Below, one piece after another: positions 13,733 through 26,658 of a stretch of 64,000 nt of DNA. The DNA is from Malacoraja senta (Eukaryota). The stretch covers positions 1-64,000 of the forward strand of contig JAXLNO010006158.1 of assembly GCA_038087875.1 (NCBI GenBank). The letters are read 5' to 3'. The translations under genes were made by a program, and so were the position numbers. The first letter of the stretch is position 1, and each line of letters opens with the position of its first letter. The notes under the pieces are model-generated. The model was given only the letters and a program-made list of their open reading frames with translations, made no database searches and was not told the DNA's origin.

Positions 13733-15040
13733 CCCTTTTCAATTTGCATGGACCCTTTTCAATTTGCATACAGCGCCAATCGGTCTGTGGAGGATGCTAT
13801 CAACCTAGCTCTTCACTACTCCCTACATCATTTGGAATCACCGAACACTTATGCACGCATCCTGTTTATAGATTTTAGCTCGGCCTTTAATACTATACAC
13901 CCAATTAAACTCTACAATAAACTGTTGGACATGGGCATTCACCTAGCCATGTGCCATTGGATTTTACATTTTCTGACAAACAGACAACAAAGAGTCAAGG
14001 TGGGTGAAAAACTCTCCAGCCCTCTGACTCTCAATACAGGAGCCCCTCAAGGGTGCGTTCTGTCACCTCAGCTCTTCTCACTTTACACCAACTACCTCAC
14101 ATCCCAATGCAGCTCAGTTAAAATTTTCAAATATGCAGACGACACGACAATAATTGGCCTCATCTCAGACAACAATGAATCACAATACCATCAAACAGTG
14201 GACAGCGCAGTCAAATGGTGCGCAGACAACAACCTCCAGCTTAACACCTCAAAAACCTTAGAAACCATCATAGATTTCAGATGCAAACAAAACCTCAAAC
14301 CCCTGGTTCATGTCAACTCCCATCCCATAACCTCCACGAACTTATTTAAGTTTCTGGGCACCTATATCTGCAATAATCTAAAATGGCACATCAATGCTGA
14401 CCAAATCATTAAGAAAGGACAACAACGCCTATACTTCCTCAGACAGCTCAAGAAGTTCAGAGTCCACAAACACCTCCTGGTCCGTTTCTATCAATCCATC
14501 ATTGAAAGCATCATCACCTCCTCAATCACAGTCTGGTACGGAAACACTGACAGTCACTCACTACATAGAATACAGCGCATTGTCTCCAAGGCCTCTAGGA
14601 TCATCAACTCTCCCCTCCCCTCAATCTATACCATTTACCTCCAACGTAGCTCAAAACGGGCAACAAAGATCATCTCGGACCCCTCCCATCCAGCAAACCA
14701 CCTTTTCCAGTCTCTCCCTTCAGGGAGGCGCCTTAGGTCACTTGCTACAAAATCCACCTGTTTTAAAAACAGTTTCTTCCCCTCAGCAATAAGAACACTT
14801 AATTCCCTCCAATAACTTTTTGACTTTGATGTATACAGTGTCTTGTCTATGGTTTTTGTCTGTTCTTTTGCACTATGTATTGTTGGTGAGATTTGTGATT
14901 TGTGATGTGCTTTATTATTATGATCTGTGTTGTTATTAGTGTTAATGTGCTAAAGCAGTGTACCATCATGTACCGAACCCAATTACCACCAACCCTGGTC
15001 GTGTGGCAAATAAAGTTTCTATTCTATTCTATTCTATTCA
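13733..15040 (+). mobile_element. Rex1/Babar-type LINE (AT-richer subfamily), open RT frame 13748-14815
   Basis: [18 protein letters not shown] and KYADD motifs; tail AATAAA + (TTCTA)n. Confidence 0.92.
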
Positions 15041-16089
15041 CCAAATTAGATTATTACCATCAAAGGAGAATGTCATTGTTTTGTTTGGCTCTGGAGATGC
15101 GTGCTGGAATGTGATCATTAAAATCTTCTTTTATATTGAACCCTGAACGACACTATACTCAGCTATGATTAATGAACAAAATAAAGACAAAGTGTTGGAG
15201 TAACTCAGCAGATCAGGCAGCATCGCTGGTGAGAATGGATAGGTAATGTGTCGAGTCGGACCCTGTGGACCTATGGACTGTCTTTGGTTAAACTAAGCAT
15301 TTGCGGTGTTTGTGCACATGTATTGGGATTATCAATTAACTGGATTTTTAGTATGTTATCTATTTGTATTGTCTTACAGGTCTGCTACATGAATGTCATT
15401 GTTTTGTAGTCAGCACATATGACAATTGAACATTCTATACTCTCTTTCCTTCTGGACTCTCTTGTGGAGTGGGATCAAACCTAACATAAGCAAAATGTTG
15501 CCATTCATCCTTTGTTCCCAATCTCTGATATTCTATAAGATCATAACCGATCCTCTAGCAGACCACCATTTTTCCGAATTCCGGATTCCTTTTGTATCCA
15601 AGCATATTCCTATCCCTGCCTCAAGCATCTGATTGACTGAATGCCCACAGCCTTCTTGGACAGAGAATTTGAAAGACTAATTAAAACTAATTTCATCTCA
15701 TTACTGCACTGAATTCAATGATTCAATGATATTTTATTGTCACATGCACCTAGGTACAGTGAAATGCTTCGTTCCGTATACAACTCGGTAAAATCATATA
15801 GCAGACCTAACCTAGGCAATACACAAGTGTTACCATGTTTTGGTGCCATAAGAATGTCTGAACCCTTATTTTTAAACTGTGAATTGTGGTTCCAGACACA
15901 CCAGTCTGGGGAGAAATAAAAAGATCATCCCTCATGTTCTGAACTTTGACTCACTTCATAAGTCAAAGGTGCAGAATTTGGTTGTTCAGCCCATCGAGTT
16001 TACTCCACAATTTAATCATGGCTGACCTATCGTTACCTCTCAGTGCCGTTCCCCTGTCATCTCCCTGTGACCTTTGACACTCTTACAAA

Positions 16090-17300
16090 TCGGGCGGCAT
16101 TTTCTGTTTTTGTATTCCAGTCCTCTTGATATAAATCACCTTCCTGACTACCGATTCAATTTGCAAATTAACCTTTTGAGAGTCCTGCACCACCACTCCC
16201 GTCACTGTGTGCCTCCGATTTCTGAATTCTCTCTCCATTTGTAAAATAATCTACGCCTTTATTCTTATTACCAAAATGCATGTCTCCACACTTTGCTATA
16301 CTGGATTTCATCTGCCAATTCTCTGCCCACTCTCCTAACCTGTACACGTTCACGTTACAGGAGTAGAATTAGGCCATTCGGCCCATCGAGTCTACTCCAC
16401 CATTCCATTATGGCTGATCTGTGCCTCCTAATCCCATTTTCCTGCCTTCTCTCCATGATAACCCGTTCTAATCAAAAATTTGTCGATGTCTGCCTTAAAA
16501 ATATCCACCAACTTGGCCTTCACAGCCCTCTGTGGCAATGTGTTCCACAGATTAACTACCCTCTGACTAAAGAAATTCCTCCTCACCTCCTTTCTAAAAG
16601 AGCACCCTTTAATTCTGAGGCTATGACCTCTGGTCCTAGATTCACCAACCAGTGGAAACATCCTTTCCACATCCACTCTATCTTTGCCTTTCATTATTCT
16701 GTCAGTTTCAATGAGGTTCCCCCCTCAACCTTCTTACCTCCAGCGAGTAGAGGCACAGTCCTGTCAAACTATCATCATATGCTAACCCACTCATTCATGG
16801 AATTATTCTTGTAAACCTCCTCTGAACCAGAGCCAGCACATCCTTCCTCAGATAGGGGGCCCAAATTTGTACACTGTACTCCAAACGTGGCCTGACCAGC
16901 GCTTTTGAAGCCTCAGAATGACATTTCTGTTTTTGTAATCCAGTGCTCTTGATATAAATCACCTTCCTGACTACCGATTCAATTTGCAAATTAACCTTTT
17001 TGGGAGTCCTGCACCAACACTCCCATGTCACTGTGTGCCTCCGATTTCTGGATTCTCCCTCCATTTGTAAAATAATCTACGCCTTTATTCTTATTACCAA
17101 ATGCATGTCTCCCACACTTTGCTATACTGAATTTCATCTGCCACTTCTCTGCCCACTCTCCTAACCCGAACAAGTCCTTCTGCAAAGTCCTTGCATCCTC
17201 TACACTGCCTGCCCCTCCACCTATTTTAGCATCATCTGCAAACGTGGCCACAAAACATTCAATCCCCTTATCCAAATCATTAATAAACCATGTAAACGTG
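16090..17300 (-). mobile_element. CR1 LINE with a locally duplicated internal segment
   Basis: FADDAKIGG, RPRLEYSVQIW and FFSQRVVNLWN motifs. 16090-16345 repeats 16920-17190. Confidence 0.85.
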
Positions 17301-17449
17301 ACGACCGCACGTTTGGAGCTAAGAGTTGTCACTCAGTCAATAACAAATCCACAGTGTGTGCTAATCTTTTATTGATTTTGCATTGTACTAGTGCCTCACT
17401 CTCTTCCCACATTTGGCCATAAACATGAACCTGTCAAACAATGCACTTT

Positions 17450-18360
17450 GTGTAAGAAAGAACTGCAGATGCTGGTTTAACTCAAAGGTAGACACAAAAT
17501 GCTGGAGTAACTCAGCAGGCAGGCAGCATCTCTGGAGAGAAGGAATGGGCGACCTATCGGGTCGAGACCCTTCTTCAGACTGATGTCAGGGGAGTTGACG
17601 GGACAAAGATGGAATGTAGTTGAAGACATTAAGACTGGTGGGAGAACTGGGAAGGGGGAGGGGATAGAGATGGAACGCAAGGGCTATTTAAAGTTAGAGA
17701 AGTCAATGTTCATACCGCTGGGGTGTAAACTACCCAAGCAAAATATGAGGTGCTGTTCCTCCAATTTGCACTGGGCCTCACTCTGACCATGGAGGAGGCC
17801 CAGGACAGAAAGGTCAGATTGGAAATGGGAGGGGAAGTTGATGTGCTGAGCAACCAGGAGATCAGGTAGGTTAAGATGGACAGAACGGAGTAGTTCAATG
17901 AAATGATTGCCGAACCTGTGTTTGGCCTCACTGATGTAGATACGTTGACACCTGCAACTGCGGATGCAGTAGATGAGGTTGGAGGAGGTGCAAATGAACC
18001 TCTGCCTCACCTGGAAAGACTGTTTGGGTCCTTGGATGGAGTTGAGGGGAGAGGGAAAGGGACAGGTGTTGCATCTCCTGCTGTTGCAGGGGAAAGTACC
18101 TGGGGAGGGGGTGGTTTGGGTGGAAAAGGACGAGTTGACCAGGGAATTTCGGAGGGAACCGTCTCCACGGAAAGCAGAAAGAGGTGGAGATGGGAAGATG
18201 TGGCCAGTATTGGGATCCTGTTGGAGGTGGCAAAAATGATGGAGGATCATATGCTGTGCGACGGCTGATGGGGTGGAAGGTGAGGACAAGGGGGACTCTG
18301 TCCTTGTTATGAATGTGGGGGGAAGGGAGAGCAAGAGCGGAGCAGCGAGGAAACCCTAGT
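17450..18360 (-). mobile_element. Penelope-like retroelement, GIY-YIG endonuclease region and 3' repeat
   Basis: FPCNSRRCNTC linker, NLIYCI...YISE (GIY-YIG-like), HFIE, EEQHLIFCLGSLHPSGMN; followed by the hammerhead-bearing terminal repeat. Confidence 0.85.
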
Positions 18361-18648
18361 GCATGCCTCGCTCCTGTTTGTTTTACACGAGTTAAAATCA
18401 GTTTAAAGCAATATCTGTAGTTCTTTCTTCCACAGAGGAAACGGGGCATTGTGCAAATCAATGCAGAAATTCCAGTCTGGATTGTACTGAAACAGGGGAG
18501 ATTAAACCCTTTTAACGTCCGTATGAACCATGAACCAGACTGAATGTGTATTGCGCGCTTTTTTAAACTCAGTCACTTCCGGTCAAGATTGAGTTAAAGC
18601 CAAGACGCTTTTAGCCAGTAGCGAATAAAATGAGAATCATTAACTTAC

Positions 18649-18700
18649 CTGCTTGAGCCCCTTGTACGCGGAAGAAACTCAACAAGATGAACAGCATCAT
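18649..18700 (-). CDS. Orphan signal-peptide exon (MMLFILLSFFRVQGAQA) of a second, probably MHC-family, gene
   Basis: ATG ATG start, 52 bp, ends GCA G|gtaagt (phase 1), A-X-A cleavage motif, unique CpG-containing context. No downstream exons found in the window. Confidence 0.6.
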
Positions 18701-18774
18701 TTCACGCACAACCTCTCGCATCAACAGCAGCAACTGAGCCAAACTTCACCAACATCAAAGCAGGATCTCATCAT

Positions 18775-18817
18775 GCAATCAGAATCAAAATACCACGGGT
18801 CGTCACCAGTTGTCGAG
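18775..18817 (-). promoter_or_regulatory. Candidate X/X2-Y module upstream of the second leader exon
   Basis: Minus strand reads CTCGACAACTGGTGACG, then CTGATTGC, with ATTGC 22 bp after the TGAC. An Ets-type CCGGAAGT lies at 18575-18582 in the intron. Confidence 0.5.
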
Positions 18818-20988
18818 CGATGTCATTGAACCAGCAGGAAACAATTGACTGTAATGGAGACACGAGGAGGTGCTGATGCTGATTTACAACAACAAAAGAC
18901 ACAAAGTGTTGGTGTAACTCAGCAGGTCAGGTCGCAACTCCGGAGGGCATAGATAGGTGACGATAGACACAAAGCGCTGGAGTAACTCAACGGGTCGAGC
19001 AGCATCTTTGGAGAAAAAGGATAGGTGACTATTGTCAGTCTGAAGTAGGGTCCCAATCTGAAACAGCGCCTGTCAATGTCCTCCAGAGATGTTGCCCGAC
19101 CTGCTGAGTTACTCCAGCACTTTGGTTTTTTCGCACTCTATAGCAAATGGAATGGAAAGGCAGGGCGTAGTTGCCTGGAACTGTAATTACGTTTCAGATA
19201 ACGCTCCATTCTTATGCTGCTAACTGCTCCTTATGTTATGATTCAGGAGACCCATAAATCCAATGCCTATCCTGACTTGAATCATTACAATGCAGAACAC
19301 AAAGGAGGAAACCAAACACTGTCCACAACAGGTAGAGCTGCTGCCTCACAGCACCAGAGACCAGCGTTAGATCCTGACCTCTGGTATTGTGCGTGTAGAT
19401 TTTCTTTAAGAAAGAACTGCAGATGCTGGAAAAATCGAAGGTAGACAAAAATGCTGGAGAAACTCAGCGAGTGAGGCAGCATCTATGGAGCAAAGGAATA
19501 GGCGACGTTTCCGGTTGAGACCCTCCAAGAAGGGTCTTGACCCAAAACTATTCCTTCGCTCCATAGATGCTGCCTCACCCCCTGAGTTTCTCCAGCATTT
19601 TTGTCTAGCTACTGTATAGATTGTGTTCCTTCTTCCTGTGACCACCTGGGTTCTTCCCGGGTGCTCTGGTTTTCTCCCACATTCCACAGGTGTGTGGGTT
19701 TGTCAGTTAATTGACATCTGTAAATTTCCCCTAGTGTGTGGGGATTGGACAAAAAAGTGGGATAACATTGAACTAGTGTGAAGGGGTGACCGGTGGTCAG
19801 CATGGTGGGCTGAAGGGCCTGTTTCCATGTTGTATCTTTCAACTCAAAATGGAATTCTGTAAAACAGTTATATTGGAAGCTAGTTTGGAGATTGAAACTG
19901 TGCAGCAAATGGTGGTGGATATAGACGGCGATGGTGTCTACAAATTTATCAAGGATCTATCTATCAGATATGGGGAGAACTTACACAATAGCATTGGTAT
20001 TGGTTTATTATTGTCACTTGTATTGTGATATAGTGAAAAGCTTTTATTTGCATCATAATCAAACCAGATCAGGAATGACTGAGGGATTGTATTGAACAAC
20101 AGGGCAGGCTTGTGGGCCTGTTTCAATGCAATAAACTCCATATTAATGTACCATATAAAGAATGCAGGTGCTTGTATGGTTGGTGATGAGCCCAAAATAT
20201 TGCTTTTGTAATTCAAGATATCCTCAGTGTTGCAACGGTAGAGTTGCTGCCTATAGCAGCAGAGACTCAGGTCGATTCTGACTAACGGTGCTGTCTGTAC
20301 GGTGTTTGTACATTCTCCCTGCATCTCCATGCGTGACTGCATTGTTTTTCTCTGGGTGCTCCAGTTTCCTCCCACATCTCAAAGAAGTACAGGCTTTTAG
20401 GTTAATTTGCGTTGGTAAAATTGTAAATTGTCACCTGTCGTGGTATAGTACTATTGTACGGGGAGTTAGCGAGGACTCGGTGGGCCGAAGGGCCTGCTTC
20501 CGTGATGTACCTCTGAAGTCTAATGTCAAAATGTTAATTTCTATTCATTTTAATTTTCAGCTCTTAACCAAAATCATTTCAATCAACCCAAAGATGTCTG
20601 TGTTTCTCCCTCACTACACCAGATTTAAGTCTGCATTTTAAAAAATGCTTTTAATTTTGCTCGGATAGTGCTGAACTAATTTGCTTATGTTACTGGAGTT
20701 ATAACTCACAGCAGTGACCACAGTAAGCAAGAGACATCAAATACATGAACACAAGAAAGGAGAAGCAGGAATAGGCCCACAAGCCACTGGCAGAATTAGT
20801 CCAAACCAATGTTTTAGTCCATGTTACTCAACCACTGATAGAGGCCACATTATTCTGCTCCCTTCTCCCTAAAGTTGAGTTTAGTTTATTATTGTAATGT
20901 GTACAAAAATACAGTGAAATACCATGTTTTGCATGCTATCCAGTCATAATACACCATACATGACTACAATCATAAACAAGAGTGCAAT

Positions 20989-21617
20989 TTTACAAAACTA
21001 TTTAAGACAAAAATGGAACCCAATAATGAATTGATTATATTTGGGGTAATGGAAGACGGGAACAAATTGAGCTCATCTCAAAAGTCAATTTTTAATTATG
21101 GTTTAATAATAGCAAAAAAATTAATATTGAAATTTTGGAAAAATACACCAATACCAACGCTCAAAATGTGGATTGCAAGTATGTTGGATACCGCACATCT
21201 TGAGGAAATGCGATTCCTCCTAATAGATAAATTTGACCAATTCATAACGAGTTGGTCTCCATTTGTCGTCTTTTTGGAAACGTATGGTGCAAAACAGGTG
21301 TAAATGCTAATCCGTGACTGCGGATGGTCAAGATTATAAATGATCTCCTTCTATTTTCTTTTCTTCTCTTCTTTTCATTTATTCTCTTTCTTCTATTTTC
21401 TATGTCTCAACTTTCTTATTTCATTCTTTATTTTTCTTTTTCACACACTATATATCTCACATTTTTCTATTTTTCATTATCTAACTTTTTTCTTTTTCTT
21501 CTTTATTTCAAAATTTTTTTAAAAATAAGAAGCTGTACATAAAAGGTATTATGAAAATATGATTGTATACAATTGTACTTACTTCTAATAAAATAAAAAT
21601 ATTTTTAAAAAAAACAA
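20989..21617 (+). mobile_element. L1 LINE 3' end with 15-bp TSD
   Basis: KKLILKFWK...W...SWSPF ORF2 C-terminus, A-rich tail, AAACAAGAGTGCAAT at 20974-20988 and 21618-21632. Confidence 0.88.
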
Positions 21618-22044
21618 AAACAAGAGTGCAATGATTGTAGTGGGTAATTGGAGAGATCACAAGAAAAATGAAGTATTTGTTGGCCATGAGTAAAGTCTGT
21701 TCTGCAGCTCAATTAGGTCATGACTCATGACCAGAAGAGTCTGTAGCCAGTAACCCACAACTTCCCAAAGAAACAAATCCATCCATCTCAGTAACATAAT
21801 GAATCTACACTCTGCAGTTGAAAATTCCCACCATTCGTTATCATCTGGGATAAAAATAAAACCATTTTCTCCTCAGTTTGAAACCTTGGCCTCCAAGGTC
21901 TAGTTTCCTCCATGAGGGGAACTATCAAGAACAGGAGGAAATAGAACAGTAGTAGGCTATCAGCCCCTGAGAATAGTCACCAAACTTGTCCCACCATTCA
22001 ATAAAATGATCACTGTTCAGTTGGCCTCAGCTCCTTAGATTAGT

Positions 22045-22565
22045 TTGGTTTAGAGGTACAGCCTTGAAACAGGCCCTTAGGCCCACTGAGTCTGTGCTGA
22101 CCAGTGACCCCCCCACACTAACACTATCCTACACACACCTGGGGCCAATTAACCTGCAAACCTGCATGTCTTTGGAGAGTGGGAGGAAGCTGGAACCCCC
22201 AGAGAAAACCCACACAGGTCACGGGGAGAACGTTAAAAAATCCATACATACGGCACCCATGGTCAGGATCAAACCTGGGTCTCTGCCACTGCAAGGTAGC
22301 AACTCTACCGCTGCTACTCCGCGCCACCCCTTTGCATCACCGTGCTGCCTACACAGTTCTATCCTATACACATGGGACAATTTACAGATGCCAATTAACC
22401 TATAAACCTGCAGGTCTTTGGAACTGGGAGGAAACCAAAGCACCAGGGGAAAACCCATGCAGTCACAGAGAGAACATACAAAGTTGGTACAGACAGCACC
22501 CTTAGTCAGGATCAAACCTGAGTCACAGGTACTGCAAGGAAGTAACTCCACTGCTGTGCCACTCT
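22045..22565 (-). mobile_element. Two adjacent HE1-type V-SINEs
   Basis: Two reverse-complement head/V-domain sets. Confidence 0.75.
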
Positions 22566-23329
22566 GAGGCCCCTCTGATTGAAATGTTGGTTGCATGTCT
22601 AACTTTATTCATGAGGGTAATCGTCAACAACACAAGTAAAAATAGCAGGAGTGGACTACTCCTCCTCTGTTCCATTACCCCAAAACCCTCAATTGCCTGA
22701 ATCTTTCAAAGCTTTCTCTATCTGTTCATAAGCATATCTAATGCCTTAGCCACCACCACCTCTGGGCACAGAATTCCAGCGATTCACACCCTTCTGAAAG
22801 AAGTAATTTTTATGTACCTCAGTTTTAAACAACTGGTCCCTTATTCTGTAGTTGTTTCCCATTGTTTTTAGACTTTCCCACCAGTGAAACATATCAACAT
22901 CTATCATGAAAAGCCCCTTAAGATATTGCATGTGTGAATAAGGTCACTCATCACTTTCTACACTCCAAGGAATGCAGACCTAAAGTGTTTACCGCTCTTG
23001 ATGGGACAACCTTTTCATCTCTTGACTTAGTTTGGTGAATTTCACCTGGTCTGCATCCAATGCTCCTATACCCTTTTTAATGTTAAACTGTGTGCGGTTT
23101 TCCAGTTATTGACTCACTATCATCCTGCATAATTCCAATATAACTTCCCTGTTCTTAAATTCCATCTCCTTTGCAGTAAAGACTGCATTTTTTCCATTGG
23201 TTACTGGGCCTGCTACTAACTTAATTTGATGCATGCACTTGAATACCAAGATCCCATCTGAACTTCACTCAGTTACAGTCTCTCTCCATTTAGACAATAA
23301 TCCACCATTTAAGGTTTAGCTTGAGGTTT

Positions 23330-24060
23330 GTTATTGTGATGTGTACCAAGGTACGGTGAAAAGCATTGTGTTTGCTGTTGTATACATAAATACTATCAAG
23401 CCAAACGCAAGTACAATAGGCAGACTGAAGGATAATATACAGAGTGAAGAATATAGCTCTCAACATTATTGTACAACAGTTCCAGAGACAAAATCCAATG
23501 GCCATATTGAGGTAAAGGAGAATTGGGAATGGGTCCTAGCACATGGAACATTCAAAAGCCTGATAACAGAGGAGAAGAAGCTGTTCCTGTGTCTGGTGCT
23601 CTACACCTTTAAGCTCTGCATCTTCTGCCTGATGGAAGTGGAGAAAAAAGGAATCACTAGTGTGAGAAAGGTCTTTGACAATGTTGTCTGTCTTCCTGAA
23701 GAGGCAGGAAGTGTAAATGGAGACAATGATGGGCAGTCTGGTCTGTGTGATGGACTGTGCTACATCCACACCTCTCTGCAATATCTTGTGGTCTTGGGCA
23801 AAGCTATTCTGAAAACAAGCTGTGATGTAACCTGATAGTATGCTTTCTATGGTGCATCTATGGAAGTTGGTAAGAGTCATTGGACACATACCAAATTTCC
23901 TCAGTCGTCTGAGGAAATGGAGGCATTGGTGTGCCTTCTTGGCTGTCCCTTCAATGTGGTTGGTCCATCAAGGTTCGTTGGTAATATTTACACCAAAGAA
24001 TTTGAAGCTCTCAATCATTTCTACTTTGGCACCATTGATACTGATTGGGGCAAGCTGACT
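23330..24060 (-). mobile_element. Rex1/Babar-type LINE 3' fragment, degenerate
   Basis: FHRCTIESILSG-like motif and the shared LINE tail. Confidence 0.7.
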
Positions 24061-24871
24061 TGATTCCTCATGCCAAAGAGCATGACTCGAAACATCACCA
24101 ATTCTACCTAGAGATGCTGCTTGTCCTGCTAAGTTACTCCAGCATTTTGTGTCTATCTTCAGTGTGAGGCAGCATTTGCAGTTCCTTCCTACACAATTTG
24201 GCTTCTCCACTGAGAAATCGCCTCAAGGTATGCCTACTTTGAAGAGGTTCTCCTCCTCTCTCCGAGAGTTCTGCAGTCTGAAAATGGGTCTCGACCTGAA
24301 ACGTCACCCATTCCTTCTATCTAGAGATGCTGCCTGTCCTGCTGAGGTACTCCAGCATTTTGTGTCTATCTTCAGCATGACCTCACAGTTTCCCACATTA
24401 AACACATTAGCCAGGTTTTGACTAATCACTCAAGCTATCTATATCCTGTTGTAAAATCATACTTTCCTCATTAAACCGTGCCATTTCATCTATTTTTGTA
24501 TCATTGCCAAAACTGAGTTCCTACATTGGTTTCCTGCTCCAATTAGTTGAGGGGAGCCCTGATAGAAGTATGTAAAATTATGAAAGGCATGGATAGGTTT
24601 GGCTCCCGTCTGGCAGAAGGTGCAGAAGATTGAAGGCACGTACCACCAGCCTCAGCGACAGCTCCTTCCCCTCTGTTATCTGGCTTCTGAACAGTTTTTC
24701 TGTAGGTTATGGTAAGTATGATTTACCTCTATCCACCGAGATCATTGGTCTTTCTCACTGGAACTGATGCGCTACAATGCTGAGATCGTTATGCTGCATG
24801 ATATTATTCCCCTTTTAATTGATTATATCTGTGTATGGTATATCTAATCTGTTTGGATAGCATGGCATGCC

Positions 24872-25900
24872 TAGGTCCTTGGATGGAGTCAAGGGGGGAG
24901 GTAAAGCGACAAGTGTAGCATTTCCTGCGGTTGCAAGGGAAAGTACCAGGGGAGGGGGTGGTTTGGGTGGGAAGGGACAAATTGACCAGGGAGTTACAGA
25001 GGGAGCAGTCTCTGCAGAAAGCTGAAAGATGAGAAGATGTGGCCAGTGATGGGATCCCGTTGGAGGTGGCGAATATGTTGGAGGATTATCTGTTGTATGT
25101 GACGGCTGGTAGGGTGGAATGTGAGGACAAGGGGGACTTGTCACTAGTGGGGGGATGGGGAGTGAGAGCGGAGCAACGAGATATAGAAGAGACCCTGGTG
25201 AGAGCCTCATCTATAGTCGAAGAGAAGAAGCCCCATTCCCTAACCTTCCCCTCCCCTGGCACTTTCCCTTGCAACCGCAGGAAATGCTACACTTGTCGCT
25301 TTATCTCCCCCCTTGACTCCATCCAAGGGCCTAAGCAGTCTTTCCAAGTGAGGCAGAGGTTCACCTGCCCCTCCTCCAACCTCATCTATTGCATCTGCTG
25401 CTCTAGGTGTCAACTGCTCTACATCGGTGAGACCAAGCTCAGGCTTGGCGATCGCTTCGCCCAACACCTCCGCTCAGTCCGCATTAACCAACCTGATCTC
25501 CCGGTGGCTCAGCACTTCAACTCCCCCTCCCATTCAGAATCCGACCTTTCTGTCCTGGGTCTCCTCCACGCCAGAGTAAGACCCTCCGCAATTGGAGGAG
25601 CAGCATATCATTTTTCGCTTGGGTAGTTTACACCCCAGCGGTATGAACATTGACCTCCATTTTCAGGTAGTCTTTGCTTTCTCCCTCCTTCCCCTCCCCT
25701 TCGAAGCTCTCCCACAGCCTACTATCTCCACCTCTTCCTTTCTTCTTCCCGCCCCCCCACCCCCATATCAGTCTGAAGAAGGGTCTCGACCCAAAACGTC
25801 ACCTATTCCTTTGCTCCATAGATGCTGCCTCACCGCTGAGTTTCTCCAGCATTTTTGTCTACCTTGGATTTTTCCAGCATCTGCAGTTCTTTCTTAAACA
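24872..25900 (+). mobile_element. Penelope-like element with inverted 5' segment
   Basis: 24872-25240 is antisense PLE. From 25244 the sense strand reads CNRRKCYTC...NLIYCI...YIGETKLRLGDRFAQH, then the 3' repeat with a hammerhead-like core at 25773-25800. Confidence 0.85.
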
Positions 25901-26306
25901 TGTACTTGTTCCTTGTACTTTTCCTGAGTGTATGGTGGGGGTAATATGGAGTGAGCTTTACCCAAAATCAAATGTGAGGTAAGAGTTGTTTAATTGTCAT
26001 ATGTATCAACAATAGAACAACAAAATTCTGACTTGCTGCAGCTTCACCTGCATGTAACTGCAATAACACAGAGATAATAGAAAACAACCAATATAACAAT
26101 AAATTAATAACTGTAATACTGGACTATCATAATAGTGCAAAAAACTAAATTCATATTACATTCAAAGACAGTCCGTAGATGATCATAGATGCTGAAGTTA
26201 GTTTTGTGCGGTGTTGAAGAGCCTGATGATTGCTGAGAAGAGGCTATTCTTGAATCTGGTTGTCACGGTTTTCAGGCTGCTGTATCTTTCCCTATATCTA
26301 TACTTA

Positions 26307-26613
26307 GGGGCGGCAGGGTGGCGCAGCGGAAGAGTTGCTGCCTTATAGCACCAGACACCAGGGTTCGATCCTGACTATGGGTGCGGTCCACACGGAGTTT
26401 GTATGTTGGGTGAACGCATGGGTTTTCTCCGGGTGCTCCAGTTTCCTCCCAGACTCCAAAGACGTACAGGTTTGTAGGTTAATTGGTTTGTAAATTGTAA
26501 TTTGTACCTAGTGTGTGTAGGATAGTGCCAATGTAAAGGGATCATTGGTCTTCGCAAACTTGGTAGGCCGAAAGGCCTGTTTCCAGGCTGTATCTCTAAA
26601 CTAAACTAAACTA
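26307..26613 (+). mobile_element. HE1-type V-SINE
   Basis: A box TGGCGCAGCGG, B box GGTTCGATCC, V-domain, (CTAAA)n tail. Confidence 0.88.
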
Positions 26614-26658
26614 ATTCTGCCCTGAGAGTGTGTGCTTGGACAACGCAGACACAGCTTA

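Noticed and set aside
25039-25626. 195-aa GIY-YIG-containing ORF as a gene
   Set aside because: Chimera produced by the PLE inversion junction; the N-terminal third is antisense PLE.
26307-26380. tRNA-like A/B boxes here and in other SINE heads
   Set aside because: They continue into the V-domain and LINE-derived tail, with no full cloverleaf; SINEs, not tRNA genes.
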